Assembly: GCA_907165135.1 (NCBI GenBank)
Contig: OU015569.1
Location: 3,906,001-3,939,000 of the forward strand
Length of the DNA: 33,000 nucleotides
Direction: 5' to 3'
Origin: Oikopleura dioica
Taxonomy: Eukaryota; Animalia; Chordata
Shown: piece after piece, positions 12,301 to 26,473 of the stretch
How the letters are laid out: each line of letters starts with the position of its first letter
Position numbering within the stretch: the first letter of the stretch is position 1
Program-made: the position numbers and the translations under genes
Notes under the pieces: model-generated
Told to the model about the DNA's origin: nothing
The model's input: only the letters and a program-made list of their open reading frames with translations
Databases searched by the model: none

Positions 12301-13004
12301 TCCAAGTTGTGCATGAAATCTTTCTGTTGATTGATTCAAAAACAGTTGTTTTATTATTGAAATTTCAACGAAGCTCGGAACCTGTGTGCAAAACCTGAGT
12401 CAGGCTTTGAAAAAGAATTTATGAAAAAGCATGAATTTTATACGGATGGAGAAGAATAATACTCCACGGCTTTTCATTAGAGCAATTTCAAGAGCCAGAT
12501 TCAGGTTTTGTACACAGGTTGCTGAGTCTAGGTATTTATAATTGAGCTTTGAAATTTGAATCATTCCTTGAGCTCATCGAATTTTGTCTTTAATTCTCTG
12601 TGCGCTTTTTCTTCTTTTTCGAGTTTGCTAGAAGAGCATTTACAAATGAGTTTTCGAAGCAAAGGAGAAAGCGGTTTACGAATTAGGCGTGAATCAACAG
12701 ATGAAATTTGATGGAAGCTGTCTAGGTCGCAGAGCCGCAGTTTACCTAACGAGGTTAACTCACGAGTTCTGCCATGCACGTGTGATTTGACGCTTGGGCG
12801 GCAAAGGGTTAGCCTGGGCCCGCTCCTCTCTCAATTGGAGATTCCTTTGATTAATGACATTGCGGCGGTAGACCCTGATTGAAATGAGTGTTAGAAACTG
12901 CTCTACTTCGGAACTAAGCTCGTGCGCTCTTACTCGTTCAGCTGTTGCCCAGTGTCAAACAGCTTCTTGAACGTTTCGTTCGCATTCGCAAACGGCTCCA
13001 TCAT
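6342..13004 (-). CDS. Long coiled-coil protein, multi-exon, with TE-expanded introns
   Basis: Heptad-rich exons at about 12057-12330, 11617-12017, 11122-11357, 10459-10721 and 7097-7621, plus last exon 6342-6446 (FEAEDVPVKLPSRKQFKRPLP...). Phase-0 junctions QFK|EIQ, NYQ|SSL, DMK|ADI and LSQ|FEA are consistent. The 5' exons (ATG about 13004) are less certain. One 1-nt frameshift at about 10520. Confidence 0.75.
6556..7049 (+). CDS. Nested antisense gene encoding a 128-aa coiled-coil protein, 3 exons
   Basis: Exons 6556-6645, 6694-6836 and 6896-7049 joined by GT-AG introns of 48 and 59 nt give an open frame MSQEKSTQELVNYHHEKIVKK...KSKLAAMTKDL*. AATAAA follows about 14 nt after the stop. Not present in the ORF track. 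Confidence 0.75.
8593..8840. mobile_element. MITE (inner element of the nest)
   Basis: TIR core GGTCGGACTCATTACC at both ends. Flanking direct repeat CTACTTTC at 8585-8592 and 8841-8848. Internal CATTACC/GGTAATG repeats. Confidence 0.85.
9657..9822. repeat. Perfect 83-bp tandem duplication of the middle element's right terminus
   Basis: 9657-9739 equals 9740-9822 (GTCTCGACAAAATAAATTCGCGC...AATTTACCAGCCCTG). Confidence 0.92.
10784..11101. mobile_element. Foldback hAT-like MITE, 318 bp, intronic
   Basis: TAGGG...CCCTA ends and perfect 8-bp TSD GATATAAT (10776-10783 and 11102-11109). Nearly the whole element is an inverted repeat, e.g. AAGAATATGAAATAAAAAAGTAGGTGTATAATTT and its reverse complement. 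Confidence 0.9.
11405..11607. mobile_element. MITE of the CTGGGCTCGGCAACCTGTGT family, intronic
   Basis: Inverted arms of about 55 bp (CAACCTGTGTCCAAAACCTGAGTCAGGGCTTGAAAGAGTTTGAATGAAA). The left end matches the TIR of the 16364 element. TSD degraded. Confidence 0.8.
12369..12531. mobile_element. Second, more degraded copy of the same MITE family, intronic
   Basis: AACCTGTGTGCAAAACCTGAGTCAGG ... TCAGGTTTTGTACACAGGTTGCTGAG, homologous to 11405-11607. Confidence 0.75.
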
Positions 13005-13589
13005 CCCCAATCTTAACACATTCTTTTTCTATTTCAATTATTTTTAAAACTAATTTTTAAATTTTCAACAAAAAAACATCTTTCTAACAATTTTTCTTTT
13101 CATGAGAGTAAACAAGGGTAAATTACTATGGGCAATTCTAGCTTTGATTTAAAATTAAATATTTGAAATAATAAAAAGAAATTAAAGCAAAATTTTCTCT
13201 GGCAGAGCCGCCGCCCATTTTCGCTAAGGCGCGCGACCGCCCACGAATGCTTTTTTGGAGCGCTAGTTTTCAGAGAAAGAATCTTGTCAGCAATCAAATG
13301 AATAAAGTAGCAAGCCGAATTTTAAGCTGGCTTCTGTTGACGTTCGCTTGTTTTTCCATAACTTTAAGATTTATTCTAGTCTAAATTGATGAATAAAGAA
13401 TATTATTTGCGTTATATTCAGGCCGAACCAAAATTTTATCGCAAATGGCAAAGTAGCGCGTGAAATTTACTTGGGAAGTCATGTTTGAGTCAAAAGTTTT
13501 TGAAAAAATCAACTGTTAAAATTTTAGAAGTAGATTTTCAATGCCTGTATTTCCATGAAAAGCCTTTGCTACCGACTTTCTCTTTCAGA

Positions 13590-15597
<2,008 letters not shown>

Positions 15598-16363
15598 GTT
15601 AATCCTGCGGGCAAAAACACTCACAAGAAAGCCCCTCCTCCTCAAGTTCAACTTTCTAAGCTAAACTTTTGTATAACTGAATGTTATACTGACAAACAAA
15701 AAACTTCTAATTTATCTTGCCTCTCCACTATAACTATTCGATTCTGTACACGGGTGCTGGAGAGTTCGAAAGCTCTACCAAAAAAACGAATATACCTAAC
15801 AGATTTCATAAAAGACGGAGAATATTTAAAACGCGAACAATTGTTATAAAATATAAACCTCCAGTATTTGTGACAGTCTTCTTTTCGGCAAGCAAGGCAT
15901 GCTCCCAGATCAATTAAGGAGGCCCTAAATCAATCGCCGCTTTTTGACGACTGCAGATTTAGCTTCTTCAAATTTTATTCTTTCATTATAAAGCAGGATT
16001 CATTCTCACTATCAATAAGGAGTACTCAATGATGGACGAACCAGTGATCTACTACGTGAGAGTATTTTACGGCAAGAGAATCTGAAAGTAGAGAATCGTA
16101 TCGATTAATAGTAATGTGTGCGAGAGGACGGATTCTACGCGGAGCACGATGAACGGGCTCTCAGTATGTGCCCAAGTTAGCGTGGGCAGGACGCCATTTT
16201 ATTGGAGCCAATCCTCGAGGTGAGGGCGCATGGAGGGTTAAAAGACTTTGTCTACCATGGAAATCCTCATCAAAGAAGAGAAATATTCACTCCCACTTCT
16301 TATAAAATAGGATGTCAGACCTAATAACGAAGAAATAAGATGTGAACCTAAGGTAGTTGCAAT

Positions 16364-16870
16364 CTGGGCTCGGCAACCTGTGTCAGGAACAGACACAGGA
16401 ACAGGAAAAAATTCTGTCCCACATTTTACACAGGTACACAGGCAGTTTTTACACAGCTCTGGTAACAGGTTACACAGGTCAGGGCCTGCCTAAACAGGAA
16501 ACAGGCCCTGTGACAGGCCAAAAACAGGATATTTCTGTGAAAAATATTACAAAAGAAAACAAAAAGACGCGAATTTATCGGTTATTTTGACTAGTTAACT
16601 CTTTATACCGTATATTATATAAATAATACGTCTTTCGCTATTGATTTCTTTAAACATCTTCCCTGATTTATGCAGTTCTTGACCAGGTTACACAGGAACC
16701 TGTCTATGGTCAGAACCTGAGCGGGAAAAAACAGGCCTGTTTTAGTCAGAAACAGGAACAGCATTAGAAAAATTTTTCCCCGATTTTACACAGGTACTCA
16801 GACAGGTACCCCAAAAACAGGAAACAGGACCTGTGACAGGTTTTTACACAGCTCAGTTAGCCGAGCCCAG
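16364..16870. mobile_element. Non-autonomous TIR element, 507 bp, with 8-bp TSD
   Basis: TIR CTGGGCTCGGC at both ends. Perfect TSD GTTGCAAT at 16356-16363 and 16871-16878. Interior is full of ACAGG/TTTTACACAG subrepeats. Confidence 0.9.
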
Positions 16871-17430
16871 GTTGCAATCTCTAAGAAAAAATCTCAATAA
16901 GAACGCCAAGAAGAGTAAGGGATAAAAAATTTAAATTCTTCGAATCAGCTTAATTTCTTATATTATGACTACATAAATATTTGTATTAACAATCAGAATG
17001 AATAATTAATGCACAGAAGAGTTGTTATTTAATATAGAACGCATGATTTGGCCCTTTGGATTTTCAGCATTTCGCAAAAATAGCAATATTCTGAGTTTCA
17101 GAATTTATTGGAAAAAAAAAACAAATTTTAAATTTTGATGATTACTTACTGCTGAAATCAAAATAATAATACAATTCATTAATGATTAAAGTTGCACTGG
17201 AGATTATGCAGAAGCGCATCTGGGTAATTTATGAATAATCCTGTACGGACACTGGTTTTACATTTTGTATTGCGCGAACCCTGAGAATATACTCCGCCGG
17301 GACGATGGGGTCACGTGGTCAATTTCGATTGCAGTTGAGCGAAACAGCGAAATAATGTTTCAATAGGCGATCTGTTTATCTTTTTTCAGGAGAATAAATC
17401 AATTGCGGACCAAATGAGTACCAAAAAGAA

Positions 17431-19313
17431 ATGAGAGACAATATTCAAAATGATTATGAAAACTACAGTTACGATTACAGCAGCAACTCGACCTTCCGCC
17501 CCTTGCCTCCAGCTGGGTCCGATGGGCTCAATTTGGTTCTCAAGCTAAGGTTTATCTACGTAACGGATTAAAGTTTAATCACTTTATTTGAACTTTCATT
17601 TGTGCAGTTATGTCGAAACTAATTCTCCGCACAAGATATACACGAACGTATAGTATTCTCTTAATTCGTGAACGACATGATTCTGCTTCGAAAGGATGAT
17701 CCCTCTGACTGACGGTAATGTCAATATGTTCAGTAAGAGAAAATCGCTAAATGTGGCAAAGAGATTCAAGCCGTTTTTTTCAGGCTTAGAAACTTTGAAC
17801 GTGGCCTTAGTAGCACGACAATATACTAGTTCGAGTGTTTGCCACTCTTATAAACCCAGTTTAAGGCATTCTTCCAAGTGCTCTGCTTCTTTGGCATCCT
17901 CGCCAACTTGTTAGTTATTCTAATTTGTGGACAACAGCGTCTGCGTCAACGGCCAAGCCATATGTTTCTGTTAGCGCTTTCGCTGGTTGATATAGCTACG
18001 GGATTCGAATAACGAACGAGTTTTCAGATTCAGCATTCGAAATCCCTGCACACAGTGTTCTTAGTCGACGCCGTGATTCAAAGAATTTACGAGCTGAAAA
18101 ACTTTCCACGAAGCCAATTTTTTTGCAAAGTTCTGTATGGAAGCGATACCTTCGCTCAGTCTGCCTCTTCATTGTTGTTGGCGGCGATTGCATGGGATCG
18201 CACTTTGCTGCTATTTTTTCCGCAGAAGCGCACGTCCCTGTCTGCTAGAGTCCTGATTGCCTTTTCTTGCCTTATTGCTCTATGTGCTTCTCTGCCAAAA
18301 ATTTATCATTACGGGCTTGCAGAGCAAAAACGCGAATTCAACGATGGCTCTGTTGAAAAGAAAATACTTTGCGTTCCTATGATTATGCACCCAGAAACGA
18401 GAGAGGTATACCTAGTTTCCATAAATGTAAATTTAAAAACTGGTAGGTTGTGAACGAATCCGAGGCAGCAGCAAGATTTACATTCTGGAGCACTATCATC
18501 GTCTTCACATGTTCCTACTTGATCACGGCTGTTCATTTGATTGTGCTTGGAGCAGCAATTATTGTCAGAGTAACGTCAGGAACGGGCACTTTATAGAATT
18601 ACTTTAAGCTGAGAAAAGATCAAAACGAGCCCTTTCAAGTGACTCGAGAAGCAATCACGACGCATGGGAACCCGCAAGCAATTGCTTACCAAAGAATTGT
18701 TACATATCGAATATTAGTGCTCTTTTCGGCCTTTATTGTTTGCCACACGCCATTTTGGATTATGGCAATTCTTCAGGAGAGGTTCAACTTTAACAAATAA
18801 ATGACTCGTAATTATCGTAATTTCTTCGTAATTTGAACGTGATCAAAGGAAATTCCTAGCTACATAAATGCCGTAAATAAAGCATCGCCACAGTAAGTCT
18901 CGCTCGTTAATGAAATCTTTTGGATATTGATTTTAGTTATCCAGCGATAATGAACGGGGCAGCATACTTGATGACTGCGAACTCTGTTGTAAATCCGCTT
19001 CTCTATGCTGCCGTGAATGACGATTTCAAATTAGCATTCAGGTACAACACGATTAGACATCTACTAGTAGACAAACTTATTTATGTTTTAAGATCGTCGA
19101 TTAACCGTCTTCGTCGCTGGTTCTACAATCCAAAGCTTTTCTTTTGGAACGTTTTTCAATCATCAACAATGCAGGACGATGTCAGACTCACACAATCAAT
19201 GCTGCTCACTACGCCACAGGCACGGGGATATCCCTACCATAGATGCAATTTTCATAAGAGCTACTTGGGTCACCCAGCTTAAGCCTCCGCCTCAATCACT
19301 CGTTGAAGACTAA
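17431..19313 (+). CDS. Class A (rhodopsin-like) GPCR, similar to somatostatin/opioid/urotensin-type peptide receptors
   Basis: TM1 GILANLLVI, TM2 FLLALSLVD, TM3 FCKVLYGSDTFAQSASSLLLAAIAWDRT, ECL2 Cys, TM6 FIVCHTPFW and TM7 ANSVVNPLLYAAVNDDFK. N-glycosylation sequons NYS and NST in the N-terminus. About 10 exons; termini approximate. Confidence 0.9.
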
Positions 19314-20529
19314 TTTGAACTCGTTGAAGAGGAATTTTTCAAGTTGCGATTATTACTTTAATTATTACTGAAAATCCAGCAATTTGCGAAATAAATTAAT
19401 TATTCATTGAAAAATTCTGATCAATAATTTTTATATTACTGTATTCAAAGGTAAGTTGCATCAAAATGCGTTTGTAGAAGAAAGCGATTCATTTGTATCA
19501 CGTTTTGTTTAAAATAGTCACGCAAACTCAGCACAATTTAGAGAAATGAGGAATATACAATTTTTATTTCGGATTTAGTACATCTGCTTGTAGGGTCATT
19601 GTCACAATCCGCAATTATTCGAACGAACAGCTGAAATCAGTAAATTGGTGACACACGCAATTATGAACCTGTTCTGCCTTTAAAGCTACTGTAATTTAAA
19701 AAATAGAGGGTTCCTGAGTGTAAAATTGGATTTTTAAAACTGAAAAACGGTGTTTTTTTTATCTTGTGAAAATAGATAGTGCATTTTGCTTTCTGATTTG
19801 TGCTGATCATAAATAAAAACGTGAAAAGAGGAAACTGAAGTTGATTGTGATACTGAAATTGTTGTATGTTGAAGACATCACTTGAGAGGATAGAGGAATT
19901 GCTTGCTTTGTTGTCGTCTGAAAAGCAAGTGGAATAAGTTTGAACAACAGATTGGTGACGTAGGGATTGCTTAAACGAAAAAGAATTTCTACAACGATTT
20001 TGAATGAAGATAAAGGAGGAGATAAGATGGGTAGTTGAAGGTGAGAATAAACTTTGATGAACTAAGAAACAGAAGCAAATCAGCTTGGAAACACAATAAT
20101 AAACATAAACATATATGAAGCGCGTAAATACAAGCAGCTGTTGATTACTCTGGCGAAATGAAATTTAGATGGGCTTTTTCACCGAAAAAATAAAACGAAA
20201 ATTCGTGCGACTATTTCTACGAGTTTTAAGTTTTAAAATAGTTTTATAAAATTAGTTAAAAGATTTTTAGTATTGCAGATGACTGTTTGTAGCCGAAACT
20301 AACCAAAAAGTAAGCAGAATATGAAGTAAACTGAAAAGTTGTATTGATTTCTGAAGTTGAAGAAAATAAATAAATAAGATTATGAAGCCAACGATAGAAA
20401 TGAAAGTAAAACGGCTGGCCAGAAAAAAGATGAAATTATGCCATGGGCGCGAAATGATGAATCCAAAAGGATGGCAGCAGAAGATCGAATTATTTTTTTT
20501 GTTTTAATTTTTTTAGGATATGCTTGAAA

Positions 20530-22545
20530 TTAATGAGGAAATACTATGACTGACGGCGCCCTTTGGGCTTTCTTCGAGAGGGGAGCTTTTGTAGGCTTTC
20601 GAAGTATTCCCGGTGCCATTCCAAGTTTAACATGAAGAACTCAGCCAAGGTAGAATCGCAGTCTTGATCTAGAGCTTTTATTTTCTTTATTGCTTATTTA
20701 ATATTTACTTGAATACGTGAAGTAGTTCTCTGAATTGAAGAACGAAGAGAGATTTTCCGACGCTTTGCACCATTGAGGGATAATGTTTAACTGAAAAGCA
20801 GAAATGATCAAATCGAATGGAATGTGCTCATAGTTGAATAAAGACTTACACTTCCGAATAGCTGCGATGGGATGTTTGGCGAATTTTCGAAGAATTTCTC
20901 GTAAAAGTCTTGACTTTCATCGTTGAATCCTTTGAACAGTCGTTTTGACTCTCCGGACTCAACCTTCTTATAAACAGTCGGGAAGCTTGTATCATCCACT
21001 TTGCCGTCTTTAAATTCGATAAAATATATCAGTTCAAGAAAGGAGAACTCGTACCGTTCGCAAGGAGATTGGTCTCAAACAGCAGTTGTTGTTCATGAAG
21101 TGCGAGTTGTACGTAAATCGGGTGTGCTCCTGTATTGACCACTTCTACTTCCACCTTTGGCTTGAAAAAGGTTTTCAGGAGAAACATGTCTAGCCTCGAG
21201 AAGGTCTTTAGGTGACTATTTCAAAATTGTTTTATCTAGTAAAACCGTGCCTTAGATCCTGGATTAGCATCCGGTAGAACATCAACGACTACGATTTCAA
21301 AGTCGAGTTTAGAGCTGCTTCTAAACAGGTTGAATGGCAGCTTTCTTCGTCCACGCTTGTAACTCTGTAAGCAGCACATTGCAGTTCTGGAAATAGATCT
21401 GCAATCTGTGTGATTTCCTTTTTCGCAGATTTTCAAAAATCTTGCTCGTCTCGCCACAGACTATAAAGAGAAATAAATAAATGGAGGCATTGATAAATTT
21501 AGGAATAGCATTCTTTCATGATCGCAAACTCACCCGAATTGAACAATGGCTTCGAATGGACGATTTACTATCGAATCATCAGTATTTTTGTATGTTTTAA
21601 GCGGCTTGACGTCGATCTTCGAGTAGACTCCAGCGGGAAACTTGGGATGTGCCAGGCAGAATCCACAGTCTGTGAGATTTTCTTGTAGAAGAGCATCATG
21701 CTGCGCAGAAACAGAGGGTCTCGAGTTTTTGAATGGTTCTGAACTTCTTGCGTTAGTAAGGTGTTCAAGGAAAAGGTTAATTATTTCAAAGTTTTATCCA
21801 AAAAATAACGAGAATTGAAGCGATGAATATCAATATTATTGAACTCAGATTCCTACGTAATAAAAGATACAATTTATGCTTCATTTGATTCTTTCATAAA
21901 TGTTATATAGGAAGAAACAAACTGGACTATTTTTTCAGTAATTGGAGTGATAAAATGATGAAATATTTTGAAAATGTACCTGATAGGGCGGGGTCTAAGT
22001 CCCTGATGAAGTGAATAGTGCCCCATTTCTTGCCTTTACAACAGTTGGAAAAGCTGTAATTTGATTTATGAAAGTTAGTGGGGCGGAAACCGTATTCATA
22101 TTGAATTGAAAATCTCGGGATGGCAAGAATAATAATAAATAATTAGATCGGATTAAGTCTGTGGTAATGATTGCCATTGGTTGTGTTATTGAAATTTCTT
22201 ATCGCTTCGAAGAGCACGCTAGCCTGGACCCATAGCTAAACCTGAATCTCGTTTCAACTGCTCTCCTGAAAACACTTGAGTCTGCTTCAAAACTTTGTAA
22301 TCAAGTGGTCGTTTCTTCGTATTTGGTGACAAGTTATCGAATGCGCGGCTATCTTCCGTCTCTTTCTCACTCTCAAGCTTGGGCTGGAAACATCCACAAA
22401 ATTGTCTTTTTAATACGCACACCAGCGATAGTTTCTCGCTCTTCCTCTCTTTCTCTGTGCGGGAGCCCCCCGCACTGCGGAAGCTGCTCCGATTTGATTT
22501 CGTGTTTCTCGGTAACAAAGGTGGAATGCTGGTGATACTTTTCAT
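20530..22545 (-). CDS. Hypothetical multi-exon protein
   Basis: ATG at 22545 after tgtaa. Exon-like open frames bounded by AG/GT at about 22240-22545, 21535-21767, 21250-21460, 21055-21205 and 20850-21010. No recognised domain; the 3' end is uncertain. Confidence 0.45.
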
Positions 22546-25500
22546 TTACAGTCCAGTCAGTGTCGTTTCCGGACTGCTGGTGTTCCCCTGAAGATTTCTT
22601 GATTCGTATGGCTTAACTCTACTTCTTCTGTTACTCTCGTTCTCAGTATTTGTAATCTTTGTTGTGGCTTCGGTGATAGCACGTGTTGTATTCTAGAGAT
22701 TGTTGCTCAATCGCATCTAAACAGTAAGGGTCTTTTATCTGCAGGAAAAGTTTTATTAAGTGCTCTAGCGAGTTATTTATGCGTGATAGAATGGATAGAT
22801 AGAGCGACAGATAAGTTGTATTAGAGGAGAGTATGAGGCAATTCAAGTGAGGGAGCCGAAGGGGGAAATGCTCGGGGGAGCAAGCTAGAGTTGAAAAAAA
22901 ATAAATGAAGAAACTAAGCTTTCAGGATTGTGAAAACAACTATGTGCTAGAGAGGTGGTTGTCTCGCTCTTTTATCGGGCAGCTTCGTTATAAACGCGCA
23001 CGCAAAAAGTTCCGCATCATGGTTCATGGGGCGGAACAAGGCAGCAGGCCACGGCTTAAATTGCAAGAGCGACACTCAATTGCAATAGCGCCATCACCTG
23101 GCAAGGACCCTTGATAATGAGTTGAGGAAGACTGAAATACAATCCTGCGCATCGGCAGCCAGTTTGGCACTTTCTATTGATCTATCTGTCTTTCAGACAC
23201 AGGGCTCATCCACCCATCGTTTACCATACCACCACGTAATACCTGCCCCGCTCATACAAACAATTATATATTCTTAAAAATTCCACTAGCTCTATAATAA
23301 ACCTGCATAATAGATGCAAGAACTGATTTCAGTAACAGTTTTTTTTTTGCGAAAATAAAAACTGTTTTCGCGTTCGATTACGCGAAGATTCCAATTCGCC
23401 CGTTTTTTTAAGCTTGAACTCGTAGTCTGCTAGACAGAGCTCATGTTCACATTTTCAATGGTTTGTTTTGATGGCAAAAGTTCAATTGTGAAAAGGAGCT
23501 GACGCATCAGAGCCGACAAATATTCCAAGATAAATAGAGAAAATGCGCAATTAAGAAAAAAAATAATAATTCCAAATTAAAAAAAATAATCTTCTTTTGT
23601 TATTTTTTCTCTGAATCTACCTTTTTCATTGTCGATGTTTTATCCCGGTTTCGTTCTGCAAAAAGTCTCTTATGGTGCTTGGGAGGTGGTGTTCGAGAGG
23701 GGTAGAAGCGACGAGTAATTAGTAGTAAAGTTGATCTGGCTGCTAGTGAGAGTGTGAGTGTGGCGGAGGGGACCAGGACGCTGCTGGCTGGCGCAAAGAG
23801 GCGACGGACGAGGTCGGTTTGGTTTCGCCTCTGTCAGACGCTGCAGCTTGCTCTGGGCTCAGTCCGAGTCGCCTTCGCGCTCCGAGTTGGAGTGGCGTCG
23901 GACCGCCACACACGTAGATTTGGAAACAGCCGGTGCCACTCCTCGTCTTCTTCACTTCCAAACACTCTCGTAAAACAAAAAAAAATGCACAAAACGAAAG
24001 GGACAACTTGACTCTAAGGCGAAACCAAGCAAACATTGGTCGAATTGGCAAATGAATCCAGTGTCTAGGAGATAACGTCTACCAGACAGCTGCCCTCAAC
24101 GCGTGGCTCAACATAAGGATCTATTGCTGCGAGCTAAGATGAGCTGTTACGCTGATTCCGGCACTGCCCTGTCTTTGTAAAATGGTCCAACAACAATCAA
24201 ATTCCCGCTATTTTCGCTGTGGAATGTCCTAAAGTGAGAGTGTACACGTGCGAGAGAAAGCCAACCTCAATAATCTGCGAGAAATGATAAAGCCTGAAAC
24301 GAGAAGATGCAAATTCTATGGGAAACGGATTGCATCTTCCTGCTGCCACGGATTATAGTATTCCCAAAAAGAATAGAGCTCTTTTTAACAACCTTAGAGA
24401 GCAGGGGAGGGGCGAGATGTATTAGATTATATTCTCAATTGATGATCTTGCAATTAAACAAAAAAGAATCTATGGGTACAACTCCGAGCTCGAGACTGGT
24501 TCTCTCAATTTACCTGGATTCTGAATTCGAAGGCTTTGAAGCATTACATAATCTTGACGGCAATGAATCTCTGACATTTAGACATTTGAAGCTTAGAAGC
24601 TTGTCTGGAGACGGGTATATAACAATCTGAAGATCATCAGAATACTTGATGTCAGGAAAAATCCACCCTCCCGGCGCTGACTACAAGACACACGGGCGCG
24701 TGACGAACTTCTCGATAGAATCAAGAGTCGCTGCAAACCGTAAGCCATAAAATGGGGGCTACTCATAGACCAGATAATGTCAAGCGCAATTAAGCAATTC
24801 GAAGTGATTTTTGGGTTTAATGTTGACCCCTGTTCTTAAGGGTCATTATATCACTATCATGTACAGTCTACCAGATAAAACGTTAGAGGGCGAGTCTACC
24901 CGCCACGTTCAGGCTAAAGCCTCGCCGCTATTGGCGACCTGCCTCCTATTTGATCTTGAAAATAACAAAGAGACCGTGAGCTGGTCATGTCATTTTGTTG
25001 TTATAAAATGACAAGAGCTGTTTCGCAAAACATTAAATGACGCTAGTTTATTAGGAAAAATGGTGCAGTGGGCAGTAATAGGGACAGAGAAGGGATATAA
25101 GAAGACAATATAGAATTTATTTTTCTGAAACTTGTATTTTATAGTCCAAAAATGAAAGAGTTTTTATGTGGAGGATATTATGAACCAAGGACAGTTGTTA
25201 AAAAAAATCAGGGCCCAGAGGCTGAAATGATATAAATATGCGTCTGATATTTCTTTATTTTCTCCGGCAAAAGACGATGACGGAAGCAAAATCCTATATT
25301 CAAGTCGTCAACAATATATATATCTCCAGCAATTACTGAGTCTAAATTTCAAGAGTAGAAAATCGGTAAGACGATCTATCGGAAAGTCAGCTGTGTCTGA
25401 ACTGGCAAAAACAATACCACTGTCTGTCAGAAGTTATCGTTGTATTTCCAACTATCAAGTTTGTACTTCTCGAGAAAAATAGAGCCGTTGCATTCAAATA

Positions 25501-26473
25501 AACAACCGTCCGTAAATCGAGCGGAAAATTGCACTCCGTTGCAGTATTTTTCTATTCTTTTTGAATGTTGCTTGAATAGGAGTATCTTGTCATGTTGATT
25601 TGCTCAACATTCCCTAAAGATGAATTTATAATATTGTCTTGAATATACGAAGAAGGTCCTTTTGTAAAGTGGATTTCGACAGAATATGTATCATAAACTC
25701 AAACGCAACCAGAAAATGTTATTTTAACGGTGAGCAAAGGTCTGATCAACGTTAAGATTAAAAAAAAAGAATTGAATATTACAATGAAATAATCGTTTTA
25801 TACAAGAAAGCCATTTCGTCGGACACTTAAACGCTGAGGTGGAGTTCAAATTTAATTGCCTCAACTTACTTTTCATGTAGCTTCGCTAGTTTACATACTA
25901 ACCCCATATAACCATATATTTTTAGAATCCTCATGTGATGATCTAGTGCTTTAATATGTCCGATTCTTGAATTTCCGGTTTATATCGGATTTTTATCGGT
26001 TTTTCCCATTTCGTACAAGTAACGCTTGGACAATTATATATTTTTAGAATCCTCTCGATGTCAATTTTCCACTGGTCATCTTTTTACGTCGGTTTACTCG
26101 TTTTACCGGTCATTTATCGGTTTTTCATAAATATTCAAGATAGATAAGGGGTATGATACATTTTCTGAAAGCCCATTTCAAGTCCTTTCCACTGAAAGTG
26201 TAGTCAGTAGAAATGTCCGTTTATTGTCGGTTTTAGTCGGTTTTTTTGTATGAAAAGTCGGTTTATAAGTATAAATATATTGAAAAAGCCAATTTACCTT
26301 ATGCGCTCGAACGCTCAAGCGTTTGCTCAGCGAGCGGCGCTTCCGCAGGTCATGGCCCTGCTCAAAGACCATCTTACATCATCTGAATGTTATAAATATG
26401 AGCTTAATTATCAGTTTGTCCTTTATTTTGATGGCAATAGTTATTGAAGAAAATATTATTGAAACTTTCAGAA

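Noticed and set aside
15900-16350. Small plus-strand gene between PCCB and the TIR element
   Set aside because: Donor-like sites exist but in-frame stops prevent a coherent ORF.
19540-20527. Purine-skewed region with exon-like pieces (plus strand DYEANDRNESK...IIFFVLIFLGYA*) or a possible mitochondrial insertion on the minus strand
   Set aside because: No consistent spliced model could be built and no mitochondrial gene was recognised; possibly a decayed gene.
22629-23337. Possible solo LTR (TGTTACT...AGTAACA with TATA-like and AATAAA-like signals)
   Set aside because: No matching TSD (TCTTC versus GTTTT), no second copy or PBS/PPT; it may simply be the upstream region of the gene at 22545.
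23700-25500. GC-richer exon-like segments on both strands (ORFs 23743-24051, 24307-24630, 24811-25011)
   Set aside because: No recognisable domain, and candidate junctions give stops or implausibly short introns; strand and structure are unresolved.
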